Part shown: piece by piece, positions 44,230 to 53,344 of the stretch
How positions within the stretch are numbered: the first letter of the stretch is position 1
Layout: every line of letters begins with the position of its first letter
Source: a virus
IMG/VR virus record: IMGVR_UViG_3300010413_000009
Location: 17,629 to 81,628 of that record
Length of the DNA: 64,000 nt
Direction: 5' to 3' (one strand)
Notes under the pieces: model-generated
What the model saw: the letters and a program-made list of their open reading frames with translations, nothing else
What the model was told of the DNA's origin: nothing
The model's database searches: none
Position numbers and translations under genes: made by a program

Positions 44230-45456
44230 ATGTCTACGATATCTGACCAAGCGCGGGACATCAACGGGCAAGAGCTACACCGTATCCTTTCGCTCTATCC
44301 TCTACCCGATTTTGTGAAATCTGCGAGCCAGCAGGACATCTGTGGAGATGATTCACTGCCGCCGCATCTGTACGCAGATATCACGCGTCGGTGCTATCCA
44401 ATTCACTCCGGACCGGCCACGATCATCTCGTCGATCTTCTTCAATGAGAAGAAAGCTTCGATGAACAAACACCGCGCTGCGCTGATTGAGTCAAACCTCG
44501 CGCGCGCTGCGGAATACTTCAAGGTCGGCGGATACATGCGCCGACTAACCGAGAAGGTGGCAAGTGCGGCTACGCACGAAGCAACGCAACTGCCCGACGC
44601 GGCATTCGCGATTGTGTTCGAGGGCGCTGACGGCGCTGCCGAACGTCATTACCCGATGCGCAATGTGCACGAAGTTAAGGCAGCTGCTGCTTGGTTGGCA
44701 GATCATCGAGATCTGCTGCCGTTTTCCGACCGCCATCAGATTGCCAACAAGGTGCTTGAGAAGTCGGCAGAATTCGGCGCCGGGCTGCCTGAACACAGGA
44801 ACATGCTCGAGAAAATGGCAGGGCTCGGCGTATGCGCCGGCAAGGACGCAGCGCGGCTTATCCGCACGCGCATGCTCGCTGCGGGCGGTATGCACAAGCC
44901 GAGCGCACTGCAGCAAGAGCTAGAGAAGCTGGCCGCATTGTGCGAAGAGAAGCCCGATTCGGTGCGACATTATGTTCCGCTGATCAAAATTGCCGAGATC
45001 GTAGATCAATTCGATCATGAGCACGGGCTAAACCGAAAGTACGATGACATACTTGAACGGCCCGAAGACGTGCTGTTCGCGGTTACCGGAAAGACCGCCG
45101 CCGAACTCGAAGAGGGCATCATCGGTAATGTGCTCACCGGCAACTACTACAAGAAGGCCGATCTGCAGTCGCTACCAGTCCGAGATCTGGCTGACAACCT
45201 GGGCGAGGATTTCGCCCAGGTCGTCAGCACTGCAGGCGCCTGGGTGGACACAGAGAAGCTGGCACGCATCGTACCGACGCTGCCGCTGGGTGATGCCGAA
45301 TTGTTTGATGAAGTGGTCGCGGCCGCTGGAGTTAGGCCGTTTGCAACAAAGTCGGCATCGGCGGGACGCTCTATCTCTCCAGCATTGCAGCTGGAAATCG
45401 CGGAACAGCACAAGCCAGCACCTGGAAGCCTATGGGACCGCGTAGAACGCAACTAG
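44230..45456 (+). CDS. Hypothetical protein.
   Basis: 408-aa coding-like plus-strand ORF. Confidence 0.55.
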   Translation: MSTISDQARDINGQELHRILSLYPLPDFVKSASQQDICGDDSLPPHLYADITRRCYPIHSGPATIISSIFFNEKKASMNKHRAALIESNLARAAEYFKVGGYMRRLTEKVASAATHEATQLPDAAFAIVFEGADGAAERHYPMRNVHEVKAAAAWLADHRDLLPFSDRHQIANKVLEKSAEFGAGLPEHRNMLEKMAGLGVCAGKDAARLIRTRMLAAGGMHKPSALQQELEKLAALCEEKPDSVRHYVPLIKIAEIVDQFDHEHGLNRKYDDILERPEDVLFAVTGKTAAELEEGIIGNVLTGNYYKKADLQSLPVRDLADNLGEDFAQVVSTAGAWVDTEKLARIVPTLPLGDAELFDEVVAAAGVRPFATKSASAGRSISPALQLEIAEQHKPAPGSLWDRVERN

Positions 45457-45822
45457 AAGAGTTTGATGTTGTCCGCACTGTCTACTTCGGGGATTGCTGG
45501 CGGTATCGGATGCACTGGAACTTCCTTATGCATCAGCAGCGCCGCTAGGCGCTGCTGCGCAGCCGTAATACGGTCCTTAAGTACCTGTCCCAGACGCTCT
45601 CGCACCGCGTCGCGCGAATAGAAAACCTCTTCCGCGCGTAAGCGGATCGTGCCCTTGCGTTGTTTGACCACGACAAAGTGCTCTGTCTCGTGGTCATAGA
45701 CGTAGACTTCGACAAGCGGCTTAAACCAGAACTGATCAAGCGGATTGTTTAGGCCCCTGATGCAGTAGACATGCTTCAGCTCAGTCGTCGAAGTCGTCGT
45801 CGTCGAGCTCGTCATCGTCATC
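45453..45822 (-). CDS. Hypothetical protein. Start taken at an internal Met; the N-terminal MMRTTSTT repeats of the longer ORF are an out-of-frame read of the triplet-repeat DNA.
   Basis: Protein-like sequence from ...ELKHVYCIRGLNNPLDQFWFKPLVEVYVYDHETEHF onward. Confidence 0.35.
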
Positions 45823-46020
45823 ATCCTCCCAATCATCGTCATCGAGATCGTCCTCCTCGTCGTCGAGGTCGTCCTCATCATCGTCGTCGAAGTCGTCCTC
45901 ATCATCGTCGTCGAAGTCGTCCTCGTCGTCGAAGTCCTCGTCGTCGAAGTCGTCGTCGTCGAATTCGTCGATCTCGTCGACGAAGCCTACGAGCGTGTCG
46001 AATGCGTGGCTACGCCCCAT
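45781..46020 (-). CDS. Hyperacidic Asp/Glu/Phe-repeat protein (79 aa).
   Basis: FDDEDFDDEDDFDDDDEDDFDDDDEDDLDDEEDDLDDDDWEDDDDDELDDDDFDD, encoded by GAC/GTC/GAA triplet-repeat DNA. Confidence 0.5.
   Translation of the reverse strand: MGRSHAFDTLVGFVDEIDEFDDDDFDDEDFDDEDDFDDDDEDDFDDDDEDDLDDEEDDLDDDDWEDDDDDELDDDDFDD
45790..45990. repeat. Degenerate triplet-repeat tract (GTCGTC / GTCATC / GTCCTC units).
   Basis: Visible tandem 3-6-nt periodicity over about 200 nt. Confidence 0.6.
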
Positions 46021-46032
46021 ATCTGTCTCCTT

Positions 46033-46242
46033 TCAGGAGTTGGAGATGAATCCGCGATGTTCATTGAGCATCTCGGAAACGGGTAAGATTTCCTCAAATG
46101 GTTCAAGGGGGACCCGGTCCCCCGTGAACCATAACTGTCTTGCACCAAAATACGAACACGCCCGAAGTGTCGCGCCTACGTTATGCGGAAACTTCGGACG
46201 TATCAGCGCAACCGCGGGCGTTAGCCCCTTCTGCGGGCGCAT
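46033..46242 (-). pseudogene. SpoU/TrmH-family RNA methyltransferase N-terminal fragment (possible frameshift or remnant).
   Basis: ALIRPKFPHNVGATLRACSYFGA matches SpoU motif I, but the ORF stops after 69 aa; an adjacent overlapping ORF lies in another frame. Confidence 0.3.
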
Positions 46243-46963
46243 TGGGTTTCCCCTCTGTCTTTATGTGTGCTGGAAGCGTGCAGTATTTGTCAATCAGGAC
46301 TCTTGCCAGTTGGAGGTTGTCGGCATCCTGCCATACGGCACCCGTGCCCGGCCCCACCGTTACAGCAAGGCTGGTAAAGGAATCGAGCAGGCGCGTCGTC
46401 ATGTAGCGCCAGGCGTGCCTGATCGCCAATGTCGCGACCGGCAGCGCTATCTTCGGCACGGACATTCCGAGAAGATCCCATGGATACGGTAACGTGCGCG
46501 ACTCTCGCTTGAGTTCCTTGGCTGTCATCACGCTGTCGATATGCCACGGTGGATTGCGCAGCATGAACAGCAACGCAGTCGACGCCGACATCGTCACACC
46601 TGTCAGGGCAGCAACGACTTTACCGACATGGCGGTTCCATCGATCGCCGGGATGCAGTGCTGATCCGCCGATGAAGAACTCGTTTCCTGGTAGTACAAAC
46701 GAAAGTCCGATAGCGACCTTCGGCCCGTTAAGGTCAGCAGTACCCTGGTAGTAACCAGACAGGATTCCGTGACACGTGTCGTAGTGGCACTTTTGTAGAT
46801 AACGGATGAACAGTACGTGGTCATGTGCCTCAGCCTCGAGATTGATCAGCTCTCGGCGGCACAGTTCCACGACGTCCGCTTTGGTTTTGGCGCCGTCCAA
46901 GCCGGCGCGAAGAATTTCGCCTGTCTTCATTCTCTCAAAAAGAAAGGAAAAGCCGGCGCCCAT
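46181..46963 (-). CDS. Hypothetical protein (may be the frameshifted upstream part of the SpoU-like gene).
   Basis: 260-aa ORF whose C-terminal 50 aa look non-protein-like. Confidence 0.35.
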   Translation of the reverse strand: MGAGFSFLFERMKTGEILRAGLDGAKTKADVVELCRRELINLEAEAHDHVLFIRYLQKCHYDTCHGILSGYYQGTADLNGPKVAIGLSFVLPGNEFFIGGSALHPGDRWNRHVGKVVAALTGVTMSASTALLFMLRNPPWHIDSVMTAKELKRESRTLPYPWDLLGMSVPKIALPVATLAIRHAWRYMTTRLLDSFTSLAVTVGPGTGAVWQDADNLQLARVLIDKYCTLPAHIKTEGKPNAPAEGANARGCADTSEVSA

Positions 46964-46999
46964 TGCTGAGCGCCGGCAGTGATCCGACTGGCTATGCTC

Positions 47000-47959
47000 T
47001 CAGTCGGCGGCCGTTGATTGCCTGGTGTTGCGATCGAGGGCCTCACGCATCATCGCAGTATTCATGCTCGATTGGTTGATAGCCTCATAAGGCATGATGA
47101 ACACCACGTTGTTGGTCCCCTTTGCCATCTCCGAGGAAACCGTCTCCATCACTTCGAGCTGCCGCCACGTTAGATACTGCGGCGTCAGCGATTCTGCGAG
47201 GATCTTGTTTTCGTCGGCCTGCGCTTGGGCCTTGATCATCCTGACTTTGGCCTCTTCCGTCTCTATCCCGGCCCGTCGTTGCGCTTCGGCCATAGCGGCC
47301 TCTGCCAATGCTGCCTGCTTCTGGTCTTCGAGCTGCGCGTTCTTGATCGCATTGCGCTGGTCGATGACCACTTGGGGATAGTCAATGTTGGAGATCAAAA
47401 CCGCGGCAACATGCAACGGGTAATTCAACGCTTCAATGCGTGCCCGGACATCGGTGGCCAGGTCTTCTTCGATTTGTTTCCTGTTGGGGCGGATGTCGTC
47501 GGTCGCATACACGCTGATCACATTGCGCGCGCTGGATCGTACGATATCCTGAACTGTCATCTGGTAGAACTTATCCAGCGAGAGCTCGAAGCCCTCGAGC
47601 TCGCTATCTTCCGCTGTCTTGATGGCCGGGACTTTCTGCTTGATGAACCCAATGGAGCTTTCATCGACTTCGAAGGCCATCACGGCCTTGACGTCGACGG
47701 TCATGTTGATGTCATCCTTGCAGAGGATATTCATCCCAGGCTCAGCGAACGAATTCAGCTTCTGATCGACGAAGTAAACACGATCGCGACCGTATGCCTT
47801 GTAGACGCCGTCCGTTACTGTCGTGGCCTCGCCTGAAGGATGCAAGATGATCACCATCTTGCCGGGAGGTACGACTGTTCCGCAGCCGACCGTGAGAACG
47901 ATCGCTGCAATGAGAAGTGTGCTAATCAGCCTTGGGAGGCGCGGGTTCTGGGGATTCAC
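47000..47959 (-). CDS. SPFH/band-7 (prohibitin/HflC-like) lipoprotein.
   Basis: Signal peptide with lipobox-like LTVGC, a band-7 core, and a C-terminal Ala/Glu-rich coiled coil (AALAEAAMAEAQRRAGIETEEAKVRMIKAQAQADE). Confidence 0.7.
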   Translation of the reverse strand: MNPQNPRLPRLISTLLIAAIVLTVGCGTVVPPGKMVIILHPSGEATTVTDGVYKAYGRDRVYFVDQKLNSFAEPGMNILCKDDINMTVDVKAVMAFEVDESSIGFIKQKVPAIKTAEDSELEGFELSLDKFYQMTVQDIVRSSARNVISVYATDDIRPNRKQIEEDLATDVRARIEALNYPLHVAAVLISNIDYPQVVIDQRNAIKNAQLEDQKQAALAEAAMAEAQRRAGIETEEAKVRMIKAQAQADENKILAESLTPQYLTWRQLEVMETVSSEMAKGTNNVVFIMPYEAINQSSMNTAMMREALDRNTRQSTAAD

Positions 47960-48401
47960 TGGATGCGTTGCTTCGCTTCTTGAAGAAATCGTCGCGGAAG
48001 TTCTGGAGTTCTTTCATCCGTTCTTCCTGGAGGTCATCGCCCTCCTTACGCAATTCCTTCGACCGTACGGTTGGTTTGTTGCTTCCAGAGCCCAGCTGAC
48101 CAGGCACGACTGCCGGTTTAAGATCCCCGGCACGTTTATCAGGGGTATCAAACCCCCAGCCAGTCATAGCCGCGATCGCAATGAACACTGCAATCGTGAT
48201 AGCCATAACGGGCGTAATCAGGCTATTGAGTATAGCCTTTGTACGATACAACGCCGCTAGCTCAGTGGTGTCGTGACGCTGCGCCGATTGGCCTATCAAC
48301 CATCCCAGTATGATGCGCGCGATCACGTAGATCACAAGCAAGACCACGACGACGATTGCAAGACCAAACAGCAGATTCCAACGAAACAGAATTGGTGGCA
48401 A
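47922..48401 (-). CDS. NfeD-like membrane protein, partner of the SPFH gene.
   Basis: Immediately upstream and overlapping the SPFH gene; several transmembrane helices followed by a soluble C-terminal domain. Confidence 0.5.
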   Translation of the reverse strand: MPPILFRWNLLFGLAIVVVVLLVIYVIARIILGWLIGQSAQRHDTTELAALYRTKAILNSLITPVMAITIAVFIAIAAMTGWGFDTPDKRAGDLKPAVVPGQLGSGSNKPTVRSKELRKEGDDLQEERMKELQNFRDDFFKKRSNASSESPEPAPPKAD

Positions 48402-48404
48402 AAG

Positions 48405-49229
48405 TTAACCCCTTTTGCGGTTCGTCTGTACGCGGCGAAATGCCCGTGTATCGATATTGCGCTTTCGCATAGCTAGTGACCGTCCGGGACGGCCGCCCAG
48501 CGCCCTGCGTACGGGCTCAGCCAACTGTCGACGCAGAAGCCATCGCCGCATACGCGGCCATGTACCCCAACGCATGCGCTTGCACTGTTCTCTAAGTGCC
48601 CACGCATCGTCTATTGTCAACCACGTGAAATCTTCCAACGGCGGTATGCGATGCGCAAAAATCATCTGCCTGAAAGTCTTTGGGCGCAGCCGCCTGAATC
48701 GGAAATGCGCGTCTATGTACCGCAGCACAAGCTTGCTGATGTCTGTGTACGCATTCATCCGCTCCCAGTCAGTCGCAAGTCGACCCTCGCTCAGATCGTC
48801 ATGTTGGCCTTGTCCTTGTACGCCAATCATGATGTCACGGTTAGGCCACCACCTGCCCGGGATTATCTGTGTCATGCGGTATGCCGCAGGTAGTGTGCGC
48901 GGGTGACTGAACAAGATCTGTGTGATCATGCCCAGACCAAATGGTGCACTCCATACGTCAAGCAAGCGGGTACTGCTCGTGGCAACCGCCGAACTTACGT
49001 ACTCCTCCTTACTGGGACATGCGATACGGACGACCCCACCCGCGAGCGGCATGGGGAAGTCCGAATACGCACGTATGTGTTCCCGAATCGCAACTCGGTC
49101 CGAGTTGTCGATGATCGCCTCATCGATACTCAGCTCTTGTTTGAGTAGCCCTAGGTTGTCGCGGGCGCGCGTGTTTGCGATTTCCGCTCGCGCCGTGGGG
49201 TCAACCGATCCGACCAGCATAACTGGCAT
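48405..49229 (-). CDS. Hypothetical protein.
   Basis: 274-aa coding-like ORF. Confidence 0.5.
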   Translation of the reverse strand: MPVMLVGSVDPTARAEIANTRARDNLGLLKQELSIDEAIIDNSDRVAIREHIRAYSDFPMPLAGGVVRIACPSKEEYVSSAVATSSTRLLDVWSAPFGLGMITQILFSHPRTLPAAYRMTQIIPGRWWPNRDIMIGVQGQGQHDDLSEGRLATDWERMNAYTDISKLVLRYIDAHFRFRRLRPKTFRQMIFAHRIPPLEDFTWLTIDDAWALREQCKRMRWGTWPRMRRWLLRRQLAEPVRRALGGRPGRSLAMRKRNIDTRAFRRVQTNRKRG

Positions 49230-49927
49230 TGTTCACACGTCATCTTTTCTGCTCTCACGACACCGTTTTCGCACGGGCATACAGGAACGCCGTTTATGCG
49301 CTTCCGCTCGATGTTACGGCATCTACGCCTAAATACCAGCGTGGCGTAAGAGGGCACGGTGTCTTTGCCCGGAGTCTTCTCGTCAACCATAAACGAGACC
49401 CGCACACCCGGTTCCTCGGGCGGTGGCCCGTTAATTGCATCGGTGTCAGGATCACATGACCACCACATACGGAAATTCGGCAGCCTCGCCAACTCCAATA
49501 GCGCCGGCAGCATCTCCTTCGAGCGCCAGGCGCGTGTGTACGCGTAAAATCGCACGTTTGGACAGGCCTCGACAATACGGATCCATTTTCGGACGTATTC
49601 CGCACTGTAAAAGTCACCTGCCACGTGGATCCGATACGCTGTTACTCTCCTCCGCCCGATCTCCCCGATCATCAGTTCAGGGAAATCATCCCGCAATGTT
49701 AGCTCGTAAGTGCGCTTATGCGAACAAAGTGTAGTCTGCGATTGAAAATCGCCACGAAGAGTATAGCAACCCTCAAGGCAAAATCCTGTCGCACAAATGC
49801 AAGTACGCGGCGCGGGCAACGACATGTTATGCAGCCCCCCGAGCTTCTCATTACGGCGCTTCGTCACCGTGTGCCTGGTACGTTTGCGTCGATCCTTACG
49901 GCGCTTTGTGACCTTTGGCTTAGGCAA
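49151..49927 (-). CDS. Hypothetical Cys-rich protein with a basic N-terminus.
   Basis: MPKPKVTKRRKDRRKRTRH...CICATGFCLEGC...CPCENG...CEQCQLC. Confidence 0.45.
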   Translation of the reverse strand: MPKPKVTKRRKDRRKRTRHTVTKRRNEKLGGLHNMSLPAPRTCICATGFCLEGCYTLRGDFQSQTTLCSHKRTYELTLRDDFPELMIGEIGRRRVTAYRIHVAGDFYSAEYVRKWIRIVEACPNVRFYAYTRAWRSKEMLPALLELARLPNFRMWWSCDPDTDAINGPPPEEPGVRVSFMVDEKTPGKDTVPSYATLVFRRRCRNIERKRINGVPVCPCENGVVRAEKMTCEQCQLCWSDRLTPRRERKSQTRAPATT

Positions 49928-50042
49928 AGCAATCTCCTACGCGATTCCAACGATCTAGTCCGTGCCACCGTCGCTTTCGACAGTAACACCCGAAAGATCG
50001 GGCACGTAGGAGGTAACAGCTGATTAGTTACGGCCTAAGCCG

Positions 50043-50318
50043 TCATTCGCGAATGCGAATCTTACGAAACTGACGCGTACTGAGGTCGAGCTGCGCTCGC
50101 TTGAGTTGCTTCTGGTCAGGGACGAAGTCGTCGATTGCCGTCATACTCGCGAAGTTGTTCGCACGCGCTTCTTTGCAATGCTTACAATCGCGGGGCTTAG
50201 GCGAGCCGTCCTTGTTCTTTTTCAGGATAGCCCAGCCGCGGCAATCACAACTTAAAATGCCGTCATTCCACAGTATCGTTAGATACTTCGTCAGTCCGTT
50301 GGAGCTCGTCGACTCCAT
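50043..50318 (-). CDS. Hypothetical Cys-containing small protein.
   Basis: Internal Met start chosen to limit overlap; CDCRGW...CKHCKE. Confidence 0.4.
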   Translation of the reverse strand: MESTSSNGLTKYLTILWNDGILSCDCRGWAILKKNKDGSPKPRDCKHCKEARANNFASMTAIDDFVPDQKQLKRAQLDLSTRQFRKIRIRE

Positions 50319-50730
50319 CACCTTCCGCGGATTCACTCCCCGCGACTGGCGGCTCCCCGCTGGGAACTTCTTCCCGTTCTTGAACACCCACTCCAGGTGT
50401 TCCGCCATCGTCAGTATCTCCCGTTTCTTCGATGTCCTGGATGTAAGAACCAGTCCATCGCTCCGGCTTCTCCGGAGTAGGCGGACCCCAATCGAGCTCG
50501 TCGTCGATCTCGGCGCCGGTCCTGCGATCGAATCGGTACATTAGGCCGTCCACGGCCAACACGCCAAGCACTTCGTCAACTGGCGCACAGACAACTTCGT
50601 CATCCTTGACCTCGACGATTTCCATATCCATGAATTCGTCACCGGCAACAAGCCGTTTTACCCGCTTTCCGACTGCCGGATTTGCGGGGCCTTGAGTCAA
50701 AATGACATTGCCTTCAGCTGGCTCTGTCAC
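50263..50730 (-). CDS. Hypothetical protein with an acidic, disordered C-terminus.
   Basis: 155-aa ORF. Confidence 0.45.
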   Translation of the reverse strand: MTEPAEGNVILTQGPANPAVGKRVKRLVAGDEFMDMEIVEVKDDEVVCAPVDEVLGVLAVDGLMYRFDRRTGAEIDDELDWGPPTPEKPERWTGSYIQDIEETGDTDDGGTPGVGVQEREEVPSGEPPVAGSESAEGDGVDELQRTDEVSNDTVE

Positions 50731-51914
50731 GCATCCTCCTTGGATGGTTTTTCACGTATGCGGATGCCACGAAAGCGCCTTACGGCATTTGCAGCCAGCT
50801 GCGAATCCGCAGCGGCTTCGCGGACCGCGGAAAGCCCCGCGGCCAGCTGCGCACCGATCTCGGCATCACCGTTAAGTTGCTGCGGCGTTGCGGCATAAAG
50901 TCGTTCACGACATTGCCGTATCGCGTTTAGCAACTCTGGCCCAGCCAGGAACTCGAAGCCTTCGACCATTTCAAATGCTTCCCTTACCTGGCTTATCGTG
51001 CCATTGCGGATTATACGTTGGGGCGATTGCAATGCGCCCAACAAATTGTCGGCAGCTGCAGTTAGGATTTCCCGCGGCTCTCGCGCCATGTTCTCCAGCA
51101 TCTCGCGCGTGAATTGATGCATCTGCGCTTGTGCTTCAGCGATCAGCTCGCCGGCCTCGCTATCGGTAACCTGCTCAGTATTGCCTCTCGCCCGCTCGCG
51201 TAGTTGTTGCAATGTCTGCTGCGCGCGTTGTAATGCCTGCCGCCCCGGCGGCGATGCATGGCCACCACCTATCCCGTCGGTAGTCATCAGGTCGGCTTGT
51301 TGCCACAACCCCATGCCGGCCGACAGGCCGTTATCGAGAATCTCGAGTTCGACGTCGGTGATGGCGCTGCGTCCGCCGGCCGGTACGATGGCCCAGACGA
51401 TACCGAACTTCCCGGCAACGGTCTCAGCCTCTGGCAACTTGCCTTGCACTTTCTTGAATAACTCGGCGCCGAGCCGGCTCGCTAGTTCCTCAAGGATGCT
51501 TTCATATGCCGTAACGAACTCGTCACGGTTTTGTTCCATCTCGGTGCGCAGCGCGCGCAGGCCGCTGAAAACCTCCTGCGCGCGTGACATAGGCAGCACA
51601 GCAATTCCGCGCGTAGCGAATTGGATAGATGCATGCGCCAGTAACGATCTGGCGCGCCCTTCGAGATTGACTAACTTCTTCCGCCATTCCATGGGCATCA
51701 GTTGCCACTGTGGCTGGCTGCGAAACTCCGCCTCAATCTCCTTCTTCTTCTCTTTGCTGCTCTTACCGTCTTGGCCGACTGTCACTTCCACGATCGCGTC
51801 CGCGATCTGATATGTCAGTTTCGGCCAGGAGATATGCAACATCACCAGCAGCACGTGCTTGGTGATGGCATTGAGCAGCGGCTCGCCGTCAAGAACTTGT
51901 TGATTCGGGGGCAC
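50727..51914 (-). CDS. Hypothetical protein.
   Basis: 395-aa coding-like ORF; ATGA overlap downstream. Confidence 0.55.
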   Translation of the reverse strand: MPPNQQVLDGEPLLNAITKHVLLVMLHISWPKLTYQIADAIVEVTVGQDGKSSKEKKKEIEAEFRSQPQWQLMPMEWRKKLVNLEGRARSLLAHASIQFATRGIAVLPMSRAQEVFSGLRALRTEMEQNRDEFVTAYESILEELASRLGAELFKKVQGKLPEAETVAGKFGIVWAIVPAGGRSAITDVELEILDNGLSAGMGLWQQADLMTTDGIGGGHASPPGRQALQRAQQTLQQLRERARGNTEQVTDSEAGELIAEAQAQMHQFTREMLENMAREPREILTAAADNLLGALQSPQRIIRNGTISQVREAFEMVEGFEFLAGPELLNAIRQCRERLYAATPQQLNGDAEIGAQLAAGLSAVREAAADSQLAANAVRRFRGIRIREKPSKEDA

Positions 51915-52359
51915 TGCCTAGCTCCGAACGATTTGCTACCGCATCCCACACGCCGTGTGTAGATTTGAGCGTCCACCCATGCATCTGCATGGCCGCCGTG
52001 AGTTCCTCGAAATCGCGGCTTATCTGCGTGCGCTTTGGTTGCGTCGTGAGATCTAATTCCTCCAGCGTGAGTGCGACAACCTCTCGGTCGTTCTTCCCTT
52101 CAAGAAAGTATACGTCCGAGTCTAGCGCCTCACATTCATCTGGTACAACCGTTACCTCTTCCACCCGAAGCTTCGTGCCATACATTTCGGGTGTGATGTT
52201 GTCCAATGCGAAATACATACCCGGTAATACCGGGTGCTGTACTTGGATTTTGCGATCATGGACGAAATGCGCCCATCCATCAGCGCCTTCGCGGATGGTC
52301 AACTGGATGTAGAACCACGACGCCATTGTGGGACCGGCAAATTGTTTTCGTATAGCCAT
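51889..52359 (-). CDS. Hypothetical protein.
   Basis: 156-aa coding-like ORF. Confidence 0.5.
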   Translation of the reverse strand: MAIRKQFAGPTMASWFYIQLTIREGADGWAHFVHDRKIQVQHPVLPGMYFALDNITPEMYGTKLRVEEVTVVPDECEALDSDVYFLEGKNDREVVALTLEELDLTTQPKRTQISRDFEELTAAMQMHGWTLKSTHGVWDAVANRSELGSAPESTSS

Positions 52360-52610
52360 AGCCGTTCGGCGGCGATGGCCTTGTCATAATCGCGAAACGG
52401 ACCGAGCACCGGACCGCCTACTGGCAGCATGTCTGCCCAGAATAGATTAGGATCAATCGCCTCCAGGAAATCGATCATCCACGCGCGATGGTTGTGTATC
52501 CATTCACGCGCCTCATCAGAAAGATCGGCCCAAGACTCGACATGCGACGCGCGCCGCGTGCCGAGCTTGGGGCCGATCTGATCGCCGAATTGTTCCGAGA
52601 TGGAATCCAC
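52299..52610 (-). CDS. Hypothetical protein (GTG start proposed so as not to overlap the DUF2997-like gene).
   Basis: The ORF-track start at 52742 would overlap the 52657..52857 gene by 86 nt; an in-frame GTG lies at 52610. Confidence 0.35.
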   Translation of the reverse strand: MDSISEQFGDQIGPKLGTRRASHVESWADLSDEAREWIHNHRAWMIDFLEAIDPNLFWADMLPVGGPVLGPFRDYDKAIAAERLWLYENNLPVPQWRRGSTSS

Positions 52611-52656
52611 TAAGTGTCGAGTATCGCCGTTAGGCTCTACAACCAGAGCGGCAAGA

Positions 52657-52857
52657 CTACTTGCCGCCCTGCTCTGCCTTGATCTCGACTTCGTGTGGAT
52701 CCTCATATGCATCCGCTGTTGCTTCGGTAGCAATAACGCCACCGAAAAGTGCCTCGTATGGTGCGGACAGAAGTTTGCAAGAGTCGCCGACAGCCCCGTG
52801 CACGGTAGTGCGCGTGGTGCCGTCCTTGGCGATGATGATTTCGACTTGGGCGGGCAT
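52657..52857 (-). CDS. DUF2997-like small protein.
   Basis: MPAQVEIIIAKDGTTRTTVHGAVGDSCKLLSAPYEALFGG fits the remembered DUF2997 pattern (I.I..DG.V.V.V.G..G..C...T..LE..LG). Confidence 0.45.
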   Translation of the reverse strand: MPAQVEIIIAKDGTTRTTVHGAVGDSCKLLSAPYEALFGGVIATEATADAYEDPHEVEIKAEQGGK

Positions 52858-52897
52858 TGGGTACTCCTATTTGATCAGATGAACAAAATTGATCGCG

Positions 52898-53344
52898 TCA
52901 GACGTCCCAACCGCCGCCGCCACCTTCATCTTCAGCCTCGTATCCGGTGCCGCCGATGGAGATGGTGAGCTTGATAGACCCGTCGCTGAGCTTCAACTCT
53001 TCGCACTCATGGCCTTCAGCTTCCGCCTTGGCTTTCGCGGCCTCCACTGCATAGCCCTGCTTGACTTTATCAAGCTCTGCCTCGCTGCCCCACCGACCGC
53101 CGTAGTTGTCGAAAATGCACTCGCCGGTATTGGTGTCGACCGTGACTGGATTATTCCAGCCCTTGAGCTTGAATTGCAGCCCGCCCTTATCCGCGCCGCG
53201 CGCCCGTTGCACGCGCCCGATGAACTGTGCGCCCGGAACGCGGGCACACGCCTTCTTTAGCGTTGCTTCATCTTTGATGGCAGATTTTCGCCTTGTGATG
53301 TGACTCACGCTAGTTGTTTTCTGGATCTCCGCCCGATTGGGCAC
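52898..53344 (-). CDS. DUF1257-like protein.
   Basis: N-terminus SHITRRKSAIKDEATLKKA resembles the DUF1257 start (SHFxTIKTxIKDxEALxKAL); Gly-rich acidic C-terminus. Confidence 0.4.
   Translation of the reverse strand: MPNRAEIQKTTSVSHITRRKSAIKDEATLKKACARVPGAQFIGRVQRARGADKGGLQFKLKGWNNPVTVDTNTGECIFDNYGGRWGSEAELDKVKQGYAVEAAKAKAEAEGHECEELKLSDGSIKLTISIGGTGYEAEDEGGGGGWDV

Noticed and set aside
45453-45905. N-terminal MMRTTSTTMMRTTSTT... portion of the 150-aa ORF.
   Set aside because: It is an out-of-frame reading of the triplet-repeat DNA that encodes the hyperacidic protein. Only the distal non-repetitive part is kept as a possible gene.
45790-45990. Possible CRISPR array suggested by the short tandem repeats.
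   Set aside because: The repeats are 3-6-nt triplet units within a coding frame. There are no 25-40-nt direct repeats separated by unique spacers.
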